Shown: positions 49,668 to 58,929 of the stretch, piece by piece | Position numbering within the stretch: the first letter of the stretch is position 1 | Layout: each line of letters starts with the position of its first letter | Assembly: GCA_964533855.1 (NCBI GenBank) | Contig: CAZHNM010000014.1 | Span: 5,238-69,237 of the forward strand | DNA from: an uncultured Brevinematales bacterium | GTDB taxonomy: Bacteria > Spirochaetota > Brevinematia > Brevinematales > JAOACQ01 | DNA: 64,000 nucleotides | Direction: 5' to 3' | Program-made: the position numbers and the translations under genes | The notes under the pieces: generated by a model | What the model was told of the DNA's origin: nothing | The model's database searches: none | The model's input: the letters and a program-made list of their open reading frames with translations, nothing else

Positions 49668-49916
49668 TTGGCCGCTCATATCAGGTTAACAAGAATAGGA
49701 AAATCAAAGAGGCCTTATTACCGTATAGTCGTACTTGACAGCCGCGATCCCCGCGACGGGGCTTATATAGAATGCCTGGGACACTACCAGCCTATCGAAG
49801 CTGCCAGCAACACTACGATCGACCTTCAGAAATACGATGAATGGAAGAGCAAAGGTGCAAAAGTCAGCAATATTGTAAGGGACATTGCCAGGAGAATGCG
49901 CAAAGCAGGAGTTTAA
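49668..49916 (+). CDS. rpsP: 30S ribosomal protein S16 (TTG start)
   Basis: IRLTRIG...PYYRIVV.DSR.PRDG..IE.LG.Y.P; RBS GGGAGG before TTG 49668. Confidence 0.96.
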   Translation: MAAHIRLTRIGKSKRPYYRIVVLDSRDPRDGAYIECLGHYQPIEAASNTTIDLQKYDEWKSKGAKVSNIVRDIARRMRKAGV

Positions 49917-49922
49917 CCTGTT

Positions 49923-50432
49923 ATGGATACCCTGTTGATAGGCAAGTTGATCAAACCTTACGGTCTCAAGGGCCTTATAAAAACGGCTTTTTACATAGAC
50001 AACCTGAAAGAACTGAAAGATTATTCTCATTTTTATATTATCAATAAAAGCGATCCTTCAGGGTACCAGGAAATTGTTTTTGAAAATATTACAGGCGAGA
50101 TCGGCCAGACGATAGTAAAACTCGGAGGCATAGACGACAGGAACGGCTCGGAAATGATGAGCGGCAAAGAAATTTTTGTAGAATCTGCCGAAGTACCGGA
50201 GCTGAAAGGCAACGTCTTTTATATTAAAGATCTTTACGGCCTGGAAGTTTACGAAAATTCCGCCCTTGTGGGAAATATCATGAACGTAATTGAAATTGCG
50301 GACAGGACGATGCTCATTATCAAGCTTGCGAATAACAGAGAACTTGCAGTGCCTTTTAATGATAAATATGTTCTTGAAGTCGATATAAATAACAGGAAAG
50401 TTGACGCGAAAAATTTACAAGAACTGATGTAG
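49923..50432 (+). CDS. rimM: Ribosome maturation factor RimM
   Basis: IGKLIKPYGLKG, DDRNGSE, FYIKDLYGLEV, AVPF. Confidence 0.93.
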   Translation: MDTLLIGKLIKPYGLKGLIKTAFYIDNLKELKDYSHFYIINKSDPSGYQEIVFENITGEIGQTIVKLGGIDDRNGSEMMSGKEIFVESAEVPELKGNVFYIKDLYGLEVYENSALVGNIMNVIEIADRTMLIIKLANNRELAVPFNDKYVLEVDINNRKVDAKNLQELM

Positions 50433-50440
50433 AGAGGAAA

Positions 50441-51253
50441 ATGGTTTTCAATATTGTTACCATTTTTCCGGAAATGATAAAGGAATATCTCCGTTTCGGC
50501 ATAGTTTCCACCGCCCTTAAGAAGGGGATATTCGATGTGAATGTGGTAAATCTCAGGGATTTTTCCACATCGAAGAACGGGGACGGCCGTATTGACGATG
50601 GTATTTTCGGACACGGAAAAGGCATGCTTTTCAGGCCCGAACCTCTCTATGAGGCCGTTAAAGCTGTAAAGAAGAAATACCCCGGGAGCCGGGTTGTTTA
50701 CCTGACGCCGAGAGGAAAGAAATTCGATAATGTGGCGGCCAGGCGTTTGTCTGAGGAAGAAAGCCTGGTTCTGATATGCGCGAGATACGAAGGCGTAGAT
50801 GCAAGGTTCGTCCTGACATCGGTGGATGAAGAGATTTCCATAGGCGATTATGTACTGACCGGCGGTGAACTGCCGGCCCTTGTTGTTTTAGATGCTGTAA
50901 CAAGGATGCTCGAAGGTTCGATTAAAAATGATTCAAGGGAAGAAGAAAGCTTCGAATACGGGCTCCTTGAATACGATCATTACACCGAACCTGGAGTTTT
51001 TTCCGGCCTGATTGTCCCGGACGAATTAAAGAGCGGCGACCATAAGAAGCTTGAGAAGCTTCGTTTTGAGAGCAGTTTGAAAAAGACATATAACAACAGG
51101 ATTGACCTGCTTCTTAATTACAAGCCGGCCTTTAATCCCGGTGAAACAGCCGATCCGCTTAAAAAGATGATGCGGAAAAACAGGGAATTGAAAAATTTTC
51201 TTTTAATCATACAAAATATTTCTAAGGAGTGGAAAGATGGCAGACGAAATTAA
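50441..51253 (+). CDS. trmD: tRNA (guanine37-N1)-methyltransferase
   Basis: [36 protein letters not shown]. Confidence 0.95.
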   Translation: MVFNIVTIFPEMIKEYLRFGIVSTALKKGIFDVNVVNLRDFSTSKNGDGRIDDGIFGHGKGMLFRPEPLYEAVKAVKKKYPGSRVVYLTPRGKKFDNVAARRLSEEESLVLICARYEGVDARFVLTSVDEEISIGDYVLTGGELPALVVLDAVTRMLEGSIKNDSREEESFEYGLLEYDHYTEPGVFSGLIVPDELKSGDHKKLEKLRFESSLKKTYNNRIDLLLNYKPAFNPGETADPLKKMMRKNRELKNFLLIIQNISKEWKDGRRN

Positions 51254-51701
51254 AACCGATGAAATTCCCCAGCCCAATCCTGAAAAAGAAGAATCTGTTT
51301 CTAATAAAGAGGAAGAGGCACCTGTAGCCGCTGTTAAAAAGGCAAAAAATTCTATAGAGGCGATTGAAAAATCCTTTATGAGCCTTCATCAGAATGTTGA
51401 GAAATATCCTTTATTCAACGTGGGCGATACCGTAAAAGTCTTTGTGAAAATAATTGAGGGCGAAAAGCAGAGAATCCAGCCCTACGAAGGCGTTGTGCTC
51501 GCAATCAAGCATGGCGGCGTCCGGAAGAGTTTTATCGTCAGAAGGATCAGTTATGGAGTCGCTATAGAAAGGGTTTTCCCGTTCTATTCGACTTACATCG
51601 ATAAAATCGAAGTTGTGAGAAAGGGCCGCGTCAGGAGAGCCAAGATCTATTATCTCCGCGGACGTTTCGGCAAATCAGCGGTCATTACCGAAAAAGTTTA
51701 A
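51237..51701 (+). CDS. rplS: 50S ribosomal protein L19 with acidic N-terminal extension
   Basis: [43 protein letters not shown]. Confidence 0.96.
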   Translation: MADEIKTDEIPQPNPEKEESVSNKEEEAPVAAVKKAKNSIEAIEKSFMSLHQNVEKYPLFNVGDTVKVFVKIIEGEKQRIQPYEGVVLAIKHGGVRKSFIVRRISYGVAIERVFPFYSTYIDKIEVVRKGRVRRAKIYYLRGRFGKSAVITEKV

Positions 51702-52312
51702 TGAAAGTCCCTCCGGTCCGTTTCATCATAGATACCGAGAAAGACCTATGGCAAAGCGGTTACCGGAACATAGCAGGCATGGACGAAGCGGGCAGAGGCC
51801 CGCTTGCCGGTCCTGTAGTTTCCGCATGTGTCGTCTTCGATCCTTTTGTCCTGATCGAAGGTGTTTTCGATTCCAAGTCACTCCTCCCGTCAAAACGGAA
51901 AGATCTCTACAAAATCATCGTTGAAAAATGCAGGTGCTTCGGCATAGGCATAATCGACAACATTACCATAGACCGTGTAAATATTTTAGAAGCAACAAAA
52001 TTATCAATGCACGAAGCCCTTCAAAGGCTTTCCATCCGGCCTGATTATGTCCTGATAGACGCAGTCCGGCTGCAGCTCGACACGCCTGTAAAACCCATAA
52101 TAAAAGGCGACTGCAAAAGCTTTACAATTGCCGCCGCCTCTATAATTGCGAAGGTTTCCAGGGACAGCATAATGGAACGTCTTCATGAGGAATACCCCAT
52201 GTACGGCTGGGACAGGAACAAGGGTTACGGCACGGAGGAGCACAGGAAAGCTATAGAAAAGTACGGGCCTTCAAAGTATCACAGGAGATCGTTTAAATTC
52301 AAGCCTGCATAA
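51701..52312 (+). CDS. rnhB: Ribonuclease HII
   Basis: GMDEAGRGPLAGPV, DSK, IKGD..SFTIAAASIIAKV.RD, KGYGT..H, HRRSF. Confidence 0.96.
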   Translation: MKVPPVRFIIDTEKDLWQSGYRNIAGMDEAGRGPLAGPVVSACVVFDPFVLIEGVFDSKSLLPSKRKDLYKIIVEKCRCFGIGIIDNITIDRVNILEATKLSMHEALQRLSIRPDYVLIDAVRLQLDTPVKPIIKGDCKSFTIAAASIIAKVSRDSIMERLHEEYPMYGWDRNKGYGTEEHRKAIEKYGPSKYHRRSFKFKPA

Positions 52313-52349
52313 AAAACCGGGCCTTCGCTTTTCAGCTTTCCGGCCCGGT
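52311..52349. terminator. Hairpin between convergent rnhB and htrA
   Basis: ACCGGGCC (52316-52323)...GGCCCGGT (52342-52349); the A-tract at 52311-52316 gives a U-tract on the minus strand. Confidence 0.65.
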
Positions 52350-52378
52350 CTAATCAATTTTGAAGGATAGTTTTTATC

Positions 52379-53866
52379 TTATTTCTCTATTCCCCGGTAG
52401 ATCATCATTCCGTCCTGTATTATGAGGAATGTGAATGCCTTGCCGTTTTTATTGGCGTCCGCGAAAGATTTCATATCTTTCAAGTTCTTGACCGGCGTGC
52501 CGTTTATAGCGGCTATTATCTGGCCCTCTCCGAGTATATTCGCCAGTATGCTGTTTTCGCTGATCGAATCGATCACTACGCCGTATTCGGCGCCGTTCTT
52601 TTGAAGAAGATCCTGAGGTGCGTCGCTGAAGACGGCTCCCATGAATTCAACGGTTTCGCCGCCTTTCTGGGGTTCCTGCTTATTTTCTCCGCCTTCGCCG
52701 CCTTTAGCTAAATTTCCGGGACGCTCATTGAGCTTAACGCTGAATTCCATTTTCTTCTTGTCCCTTAAAACCTCTAACTTAATAACCGTTCCAGGCGCCT
52801 GGTCCCCCACAGCCTCCTGCAGATTATTTACATTTGCGATAGATATTCCGTTTACCTTTAAAATAATATCACCGTTCTTGACTCCTGAAGTTTCTGCCTG
52901 GCTGCCCTTTTCAACCTTGGAGACCATTACTCCCTCGCTTTCACCGAGGCCAAGAAGTTTCCTGGTCGTGGAATCGATATCCGTTATGCTTATTCCAAGG
53001 TATCCCCTTTCAACCTTTCCATGCTCCTGAAGCTGATTTACAACGTTTCTTACTATATTTATAGGAATCGAGTATCCGATGCCCTGAAAACCGCCGCTCT
53101 GGGACTGTATAGCCGTGTTTATGGCTATGACCTGCCCTTTTATATTGATTAGCGGCCCCCCGGAGTTCCCGGGGTTAATAGCTGCATCAGTCTGGATAAA
53201 GTGCTGGAAACCCGAATTCAGTCCGGGCCTTCCGATGGCGCTTACAACTCCTGTCGTATAGGTCCCGCTCAGGCCGAACGGGCTGCCTACAGCGATTACA
53301 AGATCGCCGACCTGCACTTCGCCTGAATCTCCGAGGGGTATAACCGGCAAATTATCTCCGTTGATCTTTAGAAGAGCCACATCCGTATCGGCATCGACGC
53401 CGACTACCCTGGCATTGAACTTCCTGTTGTCCGCAAGTGTTATTTCGACTTTTGAAGCATTTCTTACAACATGATAGTTGCTGAAAATATATCCGTCGGG
53501 TGTAACTATGAATCCGGAACCGACCATTTGTAATTTCTGTTTGAACTGCCTTGGACCCATATTGTCATCGCCGAAAAATTTCCTGAAGAAGGGATCATTG
53601 AAAAATTCGCTATACGGATTTTCAACCGTCTGTTCGCTTTCCACGCTTATCATCACAACGGCAGGCATGGTAGCTTTGGCGACAGACCTGTAAACGTTCT
53701 GCAGTTTGACAAGCAGGTCCATCCCGTCGACGTTCTCTAACTGCTTATTTGTAGTCTGATAATTCAGGACTTTTGAAAATATCGAATTGCACGATACCAA
53801 GAAAACCAGACCGGTGATCAGCACGGCAAAAGCCGAAATAGCAGCTGCCCTTTTCAAGCCTTTCAT
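52379..53866 (-). CDS. htrA: HtrA/DegP/DegQ family serine protease with two PDZ domains, predicted lipoprotein
   Basis: Lipobox LVSC; triad NYHVV / DVALL / GNSGGPL; PDZ domains. Confidence 0.95.
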   Translation of the reverse strand: MKGLKRAAAISAFAVLITGLVFLVSCNSIFSKVLNYQTTNKQLENVDGMDLLVKLQNVYRSVAKATMPAVVMISVESEQTVENPYSEFFNDPFFRKFFGDDNMGPRQFKQKLQMVGSGFIVTPDGYIFSNYHVVRNASKVEITLADNRKFNARVVGVDADTDVALLKINGDNLPVIPLGDSGEVQVGDLVIAVGSPFGLSGTYTTGVVSAIGRPGLNSGFQHFIQTDAAINPGNSGGPLINIKGQVIAINTAIQSQSGGFQGIGYSIPINIVRNVVNQLQEHGKVERGYLGISITDIDSTTRKLLGLGESEGVMVSKVEKGSQAETSGVKNGDIILKVNGISIANVNNLQEAVGDQAPGTVIKLEVLRDKKKMEFSVKLNERPGNLAKGGEGGENKQEPQKGGETVEFMGAVFSDAPQDLLQKNGAEYGVVIDSISENSILANILGEGQIIAAINGTPVKNLKDMKSFADANKNGKAFTFLIIQDGMMIYRGIEK

Positions 53867-53945
53867 ATTGTCCTCCTACATTATGCTCAATATTAATAAT
53901 CTTTAATATACTAAAATATCAATTAAGAATCAAAGACTCACCTGT

Positions 53946-53995
53946 TACTACAATCGTAGTATTACTATTATACTACACGCGTAGTATTATGTCAA
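53946..53995 (-). promoter_or_regulatory. Perfect sigma70 promoter of htrA with two palindromic operator-like sites
   Basis: TTGACA (53995-53990), 17 bp, TATAAT (53972-53967); TACTAC-N4-GTAGTA at 53946-53961 and 53971-53986. Confidence 0.85.
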
Positions 53996-54023
53996 TTTTA
54001 AAATAAATTTTTTAAATAAGCCA

Positions 54024-54650
54024 TTATTGATTTGATATATTCGCTAATATAGTCCTGTTGTTGCTGATCCGGCCCATGAGATTATCGACAATCTTGTAGT
54101 AATCCAGGTCCCCGCTCTGGATCCTGAAAAGCTCATCCTCTATATAAAGCATATCGGTTTTAACGCCTTTAATATTTCCGGCGCTGTTTGCATATCCGAC
54201 TGTTTTATCCCAGTAATTCCTGGCATGGTGGAAATAATATTCGGCAATATCGTAACCGTCAAGATACTCTTTTTTATATTCCGCATTAAAAAAATAGATG
54301 TGTTCTTTCATATAAAGGTACCCGTAATCTATGTAACCCTTTGTAAGGAGAGAGCAGATATGCATCATGAGAAGGTTTTTATACCTTTCATACTGGGTTT
54401 CATTTGTAATAGGGGTAAGGGCCTTGATAGGATGGTCGAAAGGCACTACACTTGCCATTTCAAGAAAATAAATATTCCTGCTTATGGAATCAGGATCTGA
54501 ATATAGCCATTCGTTGTAAAGGCTGTAGAACTCTTCCTTATAATGAATCTTCTGGTGCATCGGCTTATAATTGAAATCTTTTGAATCCGCAAAAAGAGCC
54601 GGCCCGGTCATAAACACAAGAATGACTGCAGTGTAGGCAAAATATCTCAT
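54024..54650 (-). CDS. Secreted hypothetical protein of a type recalled next to htrA in other spirochaetes
   Basis: Signal peptide; EEFYSLY..NIYFLE..F.HP..AL..I.NE..YERY..L..MH pattern (family recalled, not searched). Confidence 0.6.
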   Translation of the reverse strand: MRYFAYTAVILVFMTGPALFADSKDFNYKPMHQKIHYKEEFYSLYNEWLYSDPDSISRNIYFLEMASVVPFDHPIKALTPITNETQYERYKNLLMMHICSLLTKGYIDYGYLYMKEHIYFFNAEYKKEYLDGYDIAEYYFHHARNYWDKTVGYANSAGNIKGVKTDMLYIEDELFRIQSGDLDYYKIVDNLMGRISNNRTILANISNQ

Positions 54651-54711
54651 AAATTCTCCTGCTTTCTATTAAATCGGCAGAAAGAGGAAAATATTGAGGC
54701 GGCGGATCCTC

Positions 54712-56181
54712 TCAGTAAGCACCTTCTTTTTTTATTACTGTGGACACACCTTTAAAAAGAATTGTAATATCAAGCCACATGGACCAGTTCTGCACATACC
54801 ACACATCCGTCTGGACCCTGAAGGAATAATCCGTGTCGCTCCTCCCGCTAACCTGCCAGAGTCCTAAAAGGCCGGGACGAACGGAATAATAATACTGCTT
54901 GAAATTCCCGTAATATTTATCAATTTCTTCCATTATAACAGGTCTTGGTCCGACAAGACTCATTTCTCCCCTCAATATATTTAATACCTGCGGTAATTCA
55001 TCCAGGCTTGTGCTCCTGAGGAATTTGCCGATAGGGGTTACACGGGGATCGCCCTTGAGCTTGAAATTTTTATCCCATTCTTTTTTAGCTGCCGGATTAG
55101 ACTTCAGGATTTTTTCAAGCCTCTCTTCAGCATCAAGATACATAGTCCTGAATTTAAAAATATTGAATTCTTTACCGTTACGGCCGATTCTCTTTTGAAT
55201 AAATATGATATTGCCCCTGGATGTAAATTTTATAAGCAGGGCAATAACAAGAAAAAAGGGAGAAAGAACAATAGATCCCAGGATAGTGCATGTAAAATCG
55301 AAAATCCTCTTGGCAACCATATTCGGTGTTGAATTGAGGTTATTGTTGACCTGGATCAGGAATAATTTTTCCATGAACAGGTAATGGAGTTCTGAATTGA
55401 AGATCGCCACGCCCTTGATATCTGGAATAATCACGACTCTCTTTACATGTTTATAGATCTCGTTTACAAATTCAGTGAGTTCCTGCTGATCGGAATAAGG
55501 GGTGGCTATAAAAACAGTTTCAACTTTAAGCAATTGTACGAATTTCCGAATATTTTTTATACCGGTGTAAACTTTATACGATTTGCCTCTTATCTCGACG
55601 GATTTCTTTCGCGACGCCGAGTCATCGAGGAAGCCTATGACAGAGTAACCCAGGTGTTCTTCCTTGGTCAAACCCTCGACAGCGCTGATCGCCCGGTCGG
55701 AAAGTCCTATGATAAGAACCGATTCTTTCCATGGGCCCAGCTTGAAAAGAAGTTTTTTGCCCCAATACCGGACCAGGGGCAGGATAAAGATCATGTAGAA
55801 CCATAAGTAAAGAAGGACGGTCCTGGGAATATTTCCGAGAAAGTTTCTGACTGTTATTGTAAGAAAAACGAACAATACGGCTATAGTGACAGACTTGACT
55901 ATGGCCCTGGTCTCTTCCCAGAAGGGATAACGGACCATATACATTTTTTCAAACAGGAGGATAATCACCATCGAAGGCGGTATCCACCATATAGAAAACA
56001 GGTAATTAAAATTGAACAGAAAACTTGATATGTTATCGGCGCTGAAAATATAATTAAAATTAAAAAGCAGCCCGATATTGAATTCGCTGAAGATAGCTAA
56101 CATCAAGCATATATAGTAAGCCGCAACATCCAGCATTATCAGGGAAAAAAGCTGGACCATGGATTTGAAGCGAACCTTCAT
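54712..56181 (-). CDS. wbaP: Undecaprenyl-phosphate glycosylphosphotransferase (WbaP/WcaJ family)
   Basis: KRIFD, FIQKRIG..G..F.IFKFRTM, DPRVT.IGKFLR.TSLDELPQ..N.L.GEMSLVGPRP, RPG..GLWQVSGR. Confidence 0.9.
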   Translation of the reverse strand: MKVRFKSMVQLFSLIMLDVAAYYICLMLAIFSEFNIGLLFNFNYIFSADNISSFLFNFNYLFSIWWIPPSMVIILLFEKMYMVRYPFWEETRAIVKSVTIAVLFVFLTITVRNFLGNIPRTVLLYLWFYMIFILPLVRYWGKKLLFKLGPWKESVLIIGLSDRAISAVEGLTKEEHLGYSVIGFLDDSASRKKSVEIRGKSYKVYTGIKNIRKFVQLLKVETVFIATPYSDQQELTEFVNEIYKHVKRVVIIPDIKGVAIFNSELHYLFMEKLFLIQVNNNLNSTPNMVAKRIFDFTCTILGSIVLSPFFLVIALLIKFTSRGNIIFIQKRIGRNGKEFNIFKFRTMYLDAEERLEKILKSNPAAKKEWDKNFKLKGDPRVTPIGKFLRSTSLDELPQVLNILRGEMSLVGPRPVIMEEIDKYYGNFKQYYYSVRPGLLGLWQVSGRSDTDYSFRVQTDVWYVQNWSMWLDITILFKGVSTVIKKEGAY

Positions 56182-56279
56182 TATGTTACCTTTTAGCAAT
56201 AAATTGCCATATCATTATAAATTATTTTTTTAATAATGACAAACACCTTTCATGATAGTCCTTGATAGCAATTATGGTA

Positions 56280-56306
56280 AAAAAAACCGCCCCTTTTCGA
56301 GGGGCG
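56280..56306 (-). terminator. Intrinsic terminator of the lipoprotein operon
   Basis: Minus strand CCGCCCCTCGAAAAGGGCGG followed by a T run. Confidence 0.8.
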
Positions 56307-56329
56307 GCAAATAAAATAAGTTTAGAATT

Positions 56330-56995
56330 TTACTGATCGGCCGGGAGATCTTCGCTCTTGTTAATGCTGTCAAGGACTTTTTCAGCCTTATCCTTTAACT
56401 CGGGCGGGATTTTCTTCTTCTGCGGTTCCCATGCCTGGGTCAGGGCTTTCTGGTATGTATCGTAATCCATAGCGAATCTCATGACATAACGGTAGTACGT
56501 CTTGGAATTATCGCCCTGGACTTCCTGTATGTATTCATAATAATCAGCCACGTTAACCGCACCGCTGATGTTGACATTTTTTGATACCGCCGCGATTGTT
56601 TCCTCGAAGTAGGAATCAAGATCTGTTTCATCATTGAGCATACCGCTTTTCGCCACAGCGAATTCCCTTGTAGCGACCTGCTTGATCAGTTCGGACAGTC
56701 GCGCTATCTTCTGGCTTTCAGCATCTATGCGGGCTTTTTCCTTTGTGTTTTTCTCGCCCTCGACAGTCAGATACATAACTTTCCTGCCTGTTTCATCCTT
56801 GCCGAGTTCCCATCTCTTGTTTATCCAGGGGGGAGTCGGATCTTCACTCTTCTGGAGCACATAAATCTGGATCTTCGCAGGACTGTCATCAGCCTTGGGC
56901 TGGGGCTGCGGCTGGGGCTGCGGTTTTGTCCCTCCGCAAGATACGATTAAACCGGCAGCGAGCGCTATGGCGGCAAATAATCCGATTTTGTTCAT
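56330..56995 (-). CDS. Lipoprotein (LPP20-like) with PQ-repeat linker
   Basis: Lipobox IVSC, KPQPQPQPQP, ARIDAESQKIARL.ELIKQ, C-terminal YYRYVMRFAMD. Confidence 0.65.
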   Translation of the reverse strand: MNKIGLFAAIALAAGLIVSCGGTKPQPQPQPQPKADDSPAKIQIYVLQKSEDPTPPWINKRWELGKDETGRKVMYLTVEGEKNTKEKARIDAESQKIARLSELIKQVATREFAVAKSGMLNDETDLDSYFEETIAAVSKNVNISGAVNVADYYEYIQEVQGDNSKTYYRYVMRFAMDYDTYQKALTQAWEPQKKKIPPELKDKAEKVLDSINKSEDLPADQ

Positions 56996-57026
56996 AATTA
57001 TTCCTCCTATTTAGAATAACATCTGT

Positions 57027-58280
57027 TTATTCAATCGAAAACGTGAGTTCATTCCCCCTGATCTCCTTCAGATCGAGTTTCTCAAAACCTTCCTTATCTG
57101 AAAGCGAATTGAAAATATTGTCAACGGCATCTGTCGGCGTTCCTTTATAACGAAGGTTAAAATCATAAATCATATCTTCTTTGGAGCCTGACCTTAATGT
57201 CAGATCTACCGCTCCATCCATGTTTTTAACGGCTGATAAGAACTTTCCGGCTTCCCTGAATGATTTTACTCCAGTCAGCCTTATAAAATAAAATCTTCCG
57301 CCGCCGATATAGTCATTTAAATTATTTCTGAGTTCCTCCATTATCTTTTTCGAGGCTTCCCTCATGCTCATCTTAATTGATGCGGCAAGTGAGGAAGACT
57401 CATACTGCTGCCCGCCTTTTTCAAAGGTGCCGACAAGGGCCCCGGTTGTCCTTATATAAACCCTGACATTGAGAATAGCATTTGCCTTATTCCCGTCGTA
57501 TGTCACATCCGGAGTTACCTCCGCATACAGCTCGGCATAAACTTTCTGCGCTAAAGCCAGACCTACGCTCATGCCGTCCCCGGATTCCTGCAGCAGTGTC
57601 CTCTCCCTGGCAAGCTTTTCTACCGTATCAGGGTCGAATGTTTTTATATTCAAAGACGAAAGTTCCCTGTCGAGATCATCGACGGCCCATTTCGCATAAT
57701 TTTCCTGGTCCGGGTCCTTTTCTAAAGCAGAGTCGTTTTTATTGTAAAACACCAGGAATGTAAGCGATGACAGATCGGTTGAATTTGCCGGTTGCGCAGC
57801 CGGCTCTTCTTCCCGTTCAGCCTTAACCTCAGTGGAAATGGAAAGATCCATTCCTGCCAGATCCTTTTTCAGTTTTGATATATTCACATAAGCATTCATC
57901 CTGAGTACAAGCATGCCTTCTTCGTTTCTCAGGTTCGATACCCATTTTTTTTGTTTTTCCTGGGGGGCTTTCCCGGTTTCTCCTAATATATATTTCCGCG
58001 CCTGGACATATGAAAGCATTTCCTGCTCTATTTTTTCCTTATTGTTATCAAAAGTGACCCTGCCGAGCAGGAATATCACTGCTTTTTTTATAACATCCGC
58101 ATAAGCTTTATTGCGTGCTTCAGGGAAATCGGCAGCGGCTCCTTCACCGGTAAACATCATATCTTCAGGTTCTGATGCAATACCCGGCTCTTCGCTCTTT
58201 GTCATACCGGAAGTACAGGCTGCGCAAAAAATAAAAAGTGATAACCCCGTTATAGCGCCGGCCTGCCAGAAATTGCGCAT
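57027..58280 (-). CDS. Probable lipoprotein of unknown function (DUF6175-like)
   Basis: Lipobox-like FCAAC; EARNKAYADVIKKAV, FLVFYN, C-terminal ferredoxin-like domain. Confidence 0.55.
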   Translation of the reverse strand: MRNFWQAGAITGLSLFIFCAACTSGMTKSEEPGIASEPEDMMFTGEGAAADFPEARNKAYADVIKKAVIFLLGRVTFDNNKEKIEQEMLSYVQARKYILGETGKAPQEKQKKWVSNLRNEEGMLVLRMNAYVNISKLKKDLAGMDLSISTEVKAEREEEPAAQPANSTDLSSLTFLVFYNKNDSALEKDPDQENYAKWAVDDLDRELSSLNIKTFDPDTVEKLARERTLLQESGDGMSVGLALAQKVYAELYAEVTPDVTYDGNKANAILNVRVYIRTTGALVGTFEKGGQQYESSSLAASIKMSMREASKKIMEELRNNLNDYIGGGRFYFIRLTGVKSFREAGKFLSAVKNMDGAVDLTLRSGSKEDMIYDFNLRYKGTPTDAVDNIFNSLSDKEGFEKLDLKEIRGNELTFSIE

Positions 58281-58392
58281 AAAAGCTCCTTATAGCCGCA
58301 TTTAATAAATATTATCACCGTTTATTAGAATTTTCAAGATTAATTTACAGTTTTTAAAAAAAGAGGTGATCAGCAGGCCCTTTTTTGGATTT

Positions 58393-58893
58393 TTAAGCCC
58401 TTTTTCTCTTTAATAACGGCCCGATAACAATAAGCAGGCCAAGTGCTATTAAACCGGCAGCTATGCCGATGTCGGAACGGATTATCCCGCCGAAGGATAT
58501 CAGGGCTGTAACTACAAGGACTATAACAGGAATCAGCAGCCCGGTATTTCTTTGAATGATATAAAATCCGAAAAGGCCAGCGGCAGGGGCAAGTAAAAAG
58601 TTAGGCCAGCTTACAGCTACGTTGCTCCATGAAGTGTAATTGAGCCAGAGGAAATATATTGTGAGGTAGATTAATATTACTCCCGGTACAATCACTCCGG
58701 AACTTTTCAGACCCTCGTCCGCCAGGATCTGTGTAAATATGAACACGGGAATGAGCATAAAAAGCGGCCAGAGTTTCGAAATAGTAAAATCCGGAACAAA
58801 TGTTCCGGCAAGAAATAAAATACCTGCAGCAATAAGGGTTATACCCAGGACAGGAAATCTCGCCATTGTTCTGTCTTCACCTTCTTTTCCCAT
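58393..58893 (-). CDS. Membrane protein (LiaF/LiaI/DUF5668-like TM repeats)
   Basis: LGITLIAAGILFL, KLWPLFMLIP, VSWPNFLLAP. Confidence 0.6.
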   Translation of the reverse strand: MGKEGEDRTMARFPVLGITLIAAGILFLAGTFVPDFTISKLWPLFMLIPVFIFTQILADEGLKSSGVIVPGVILIYLTIYFLWLNYTSWSNVAVSWPNFLLAPAAGLFGFYIIQRNTGLLIPVIVLVVTALISFGGIIRSDIGIAAGLIALGLLIVIGPLLKRKRA

Positions 58894-58929
58894 TATATTC
58901 TCCTATATGCCAGTTGGCCTTAGCCGGGA

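Noticed and set aside
56194-56209. sigma54 promoter upstream of wbaP (TGGCAATTTATTGCTA)
   Set aside because: GG-to-GC spacing is 9 nt rather than 10, and the site is too close to the start codon
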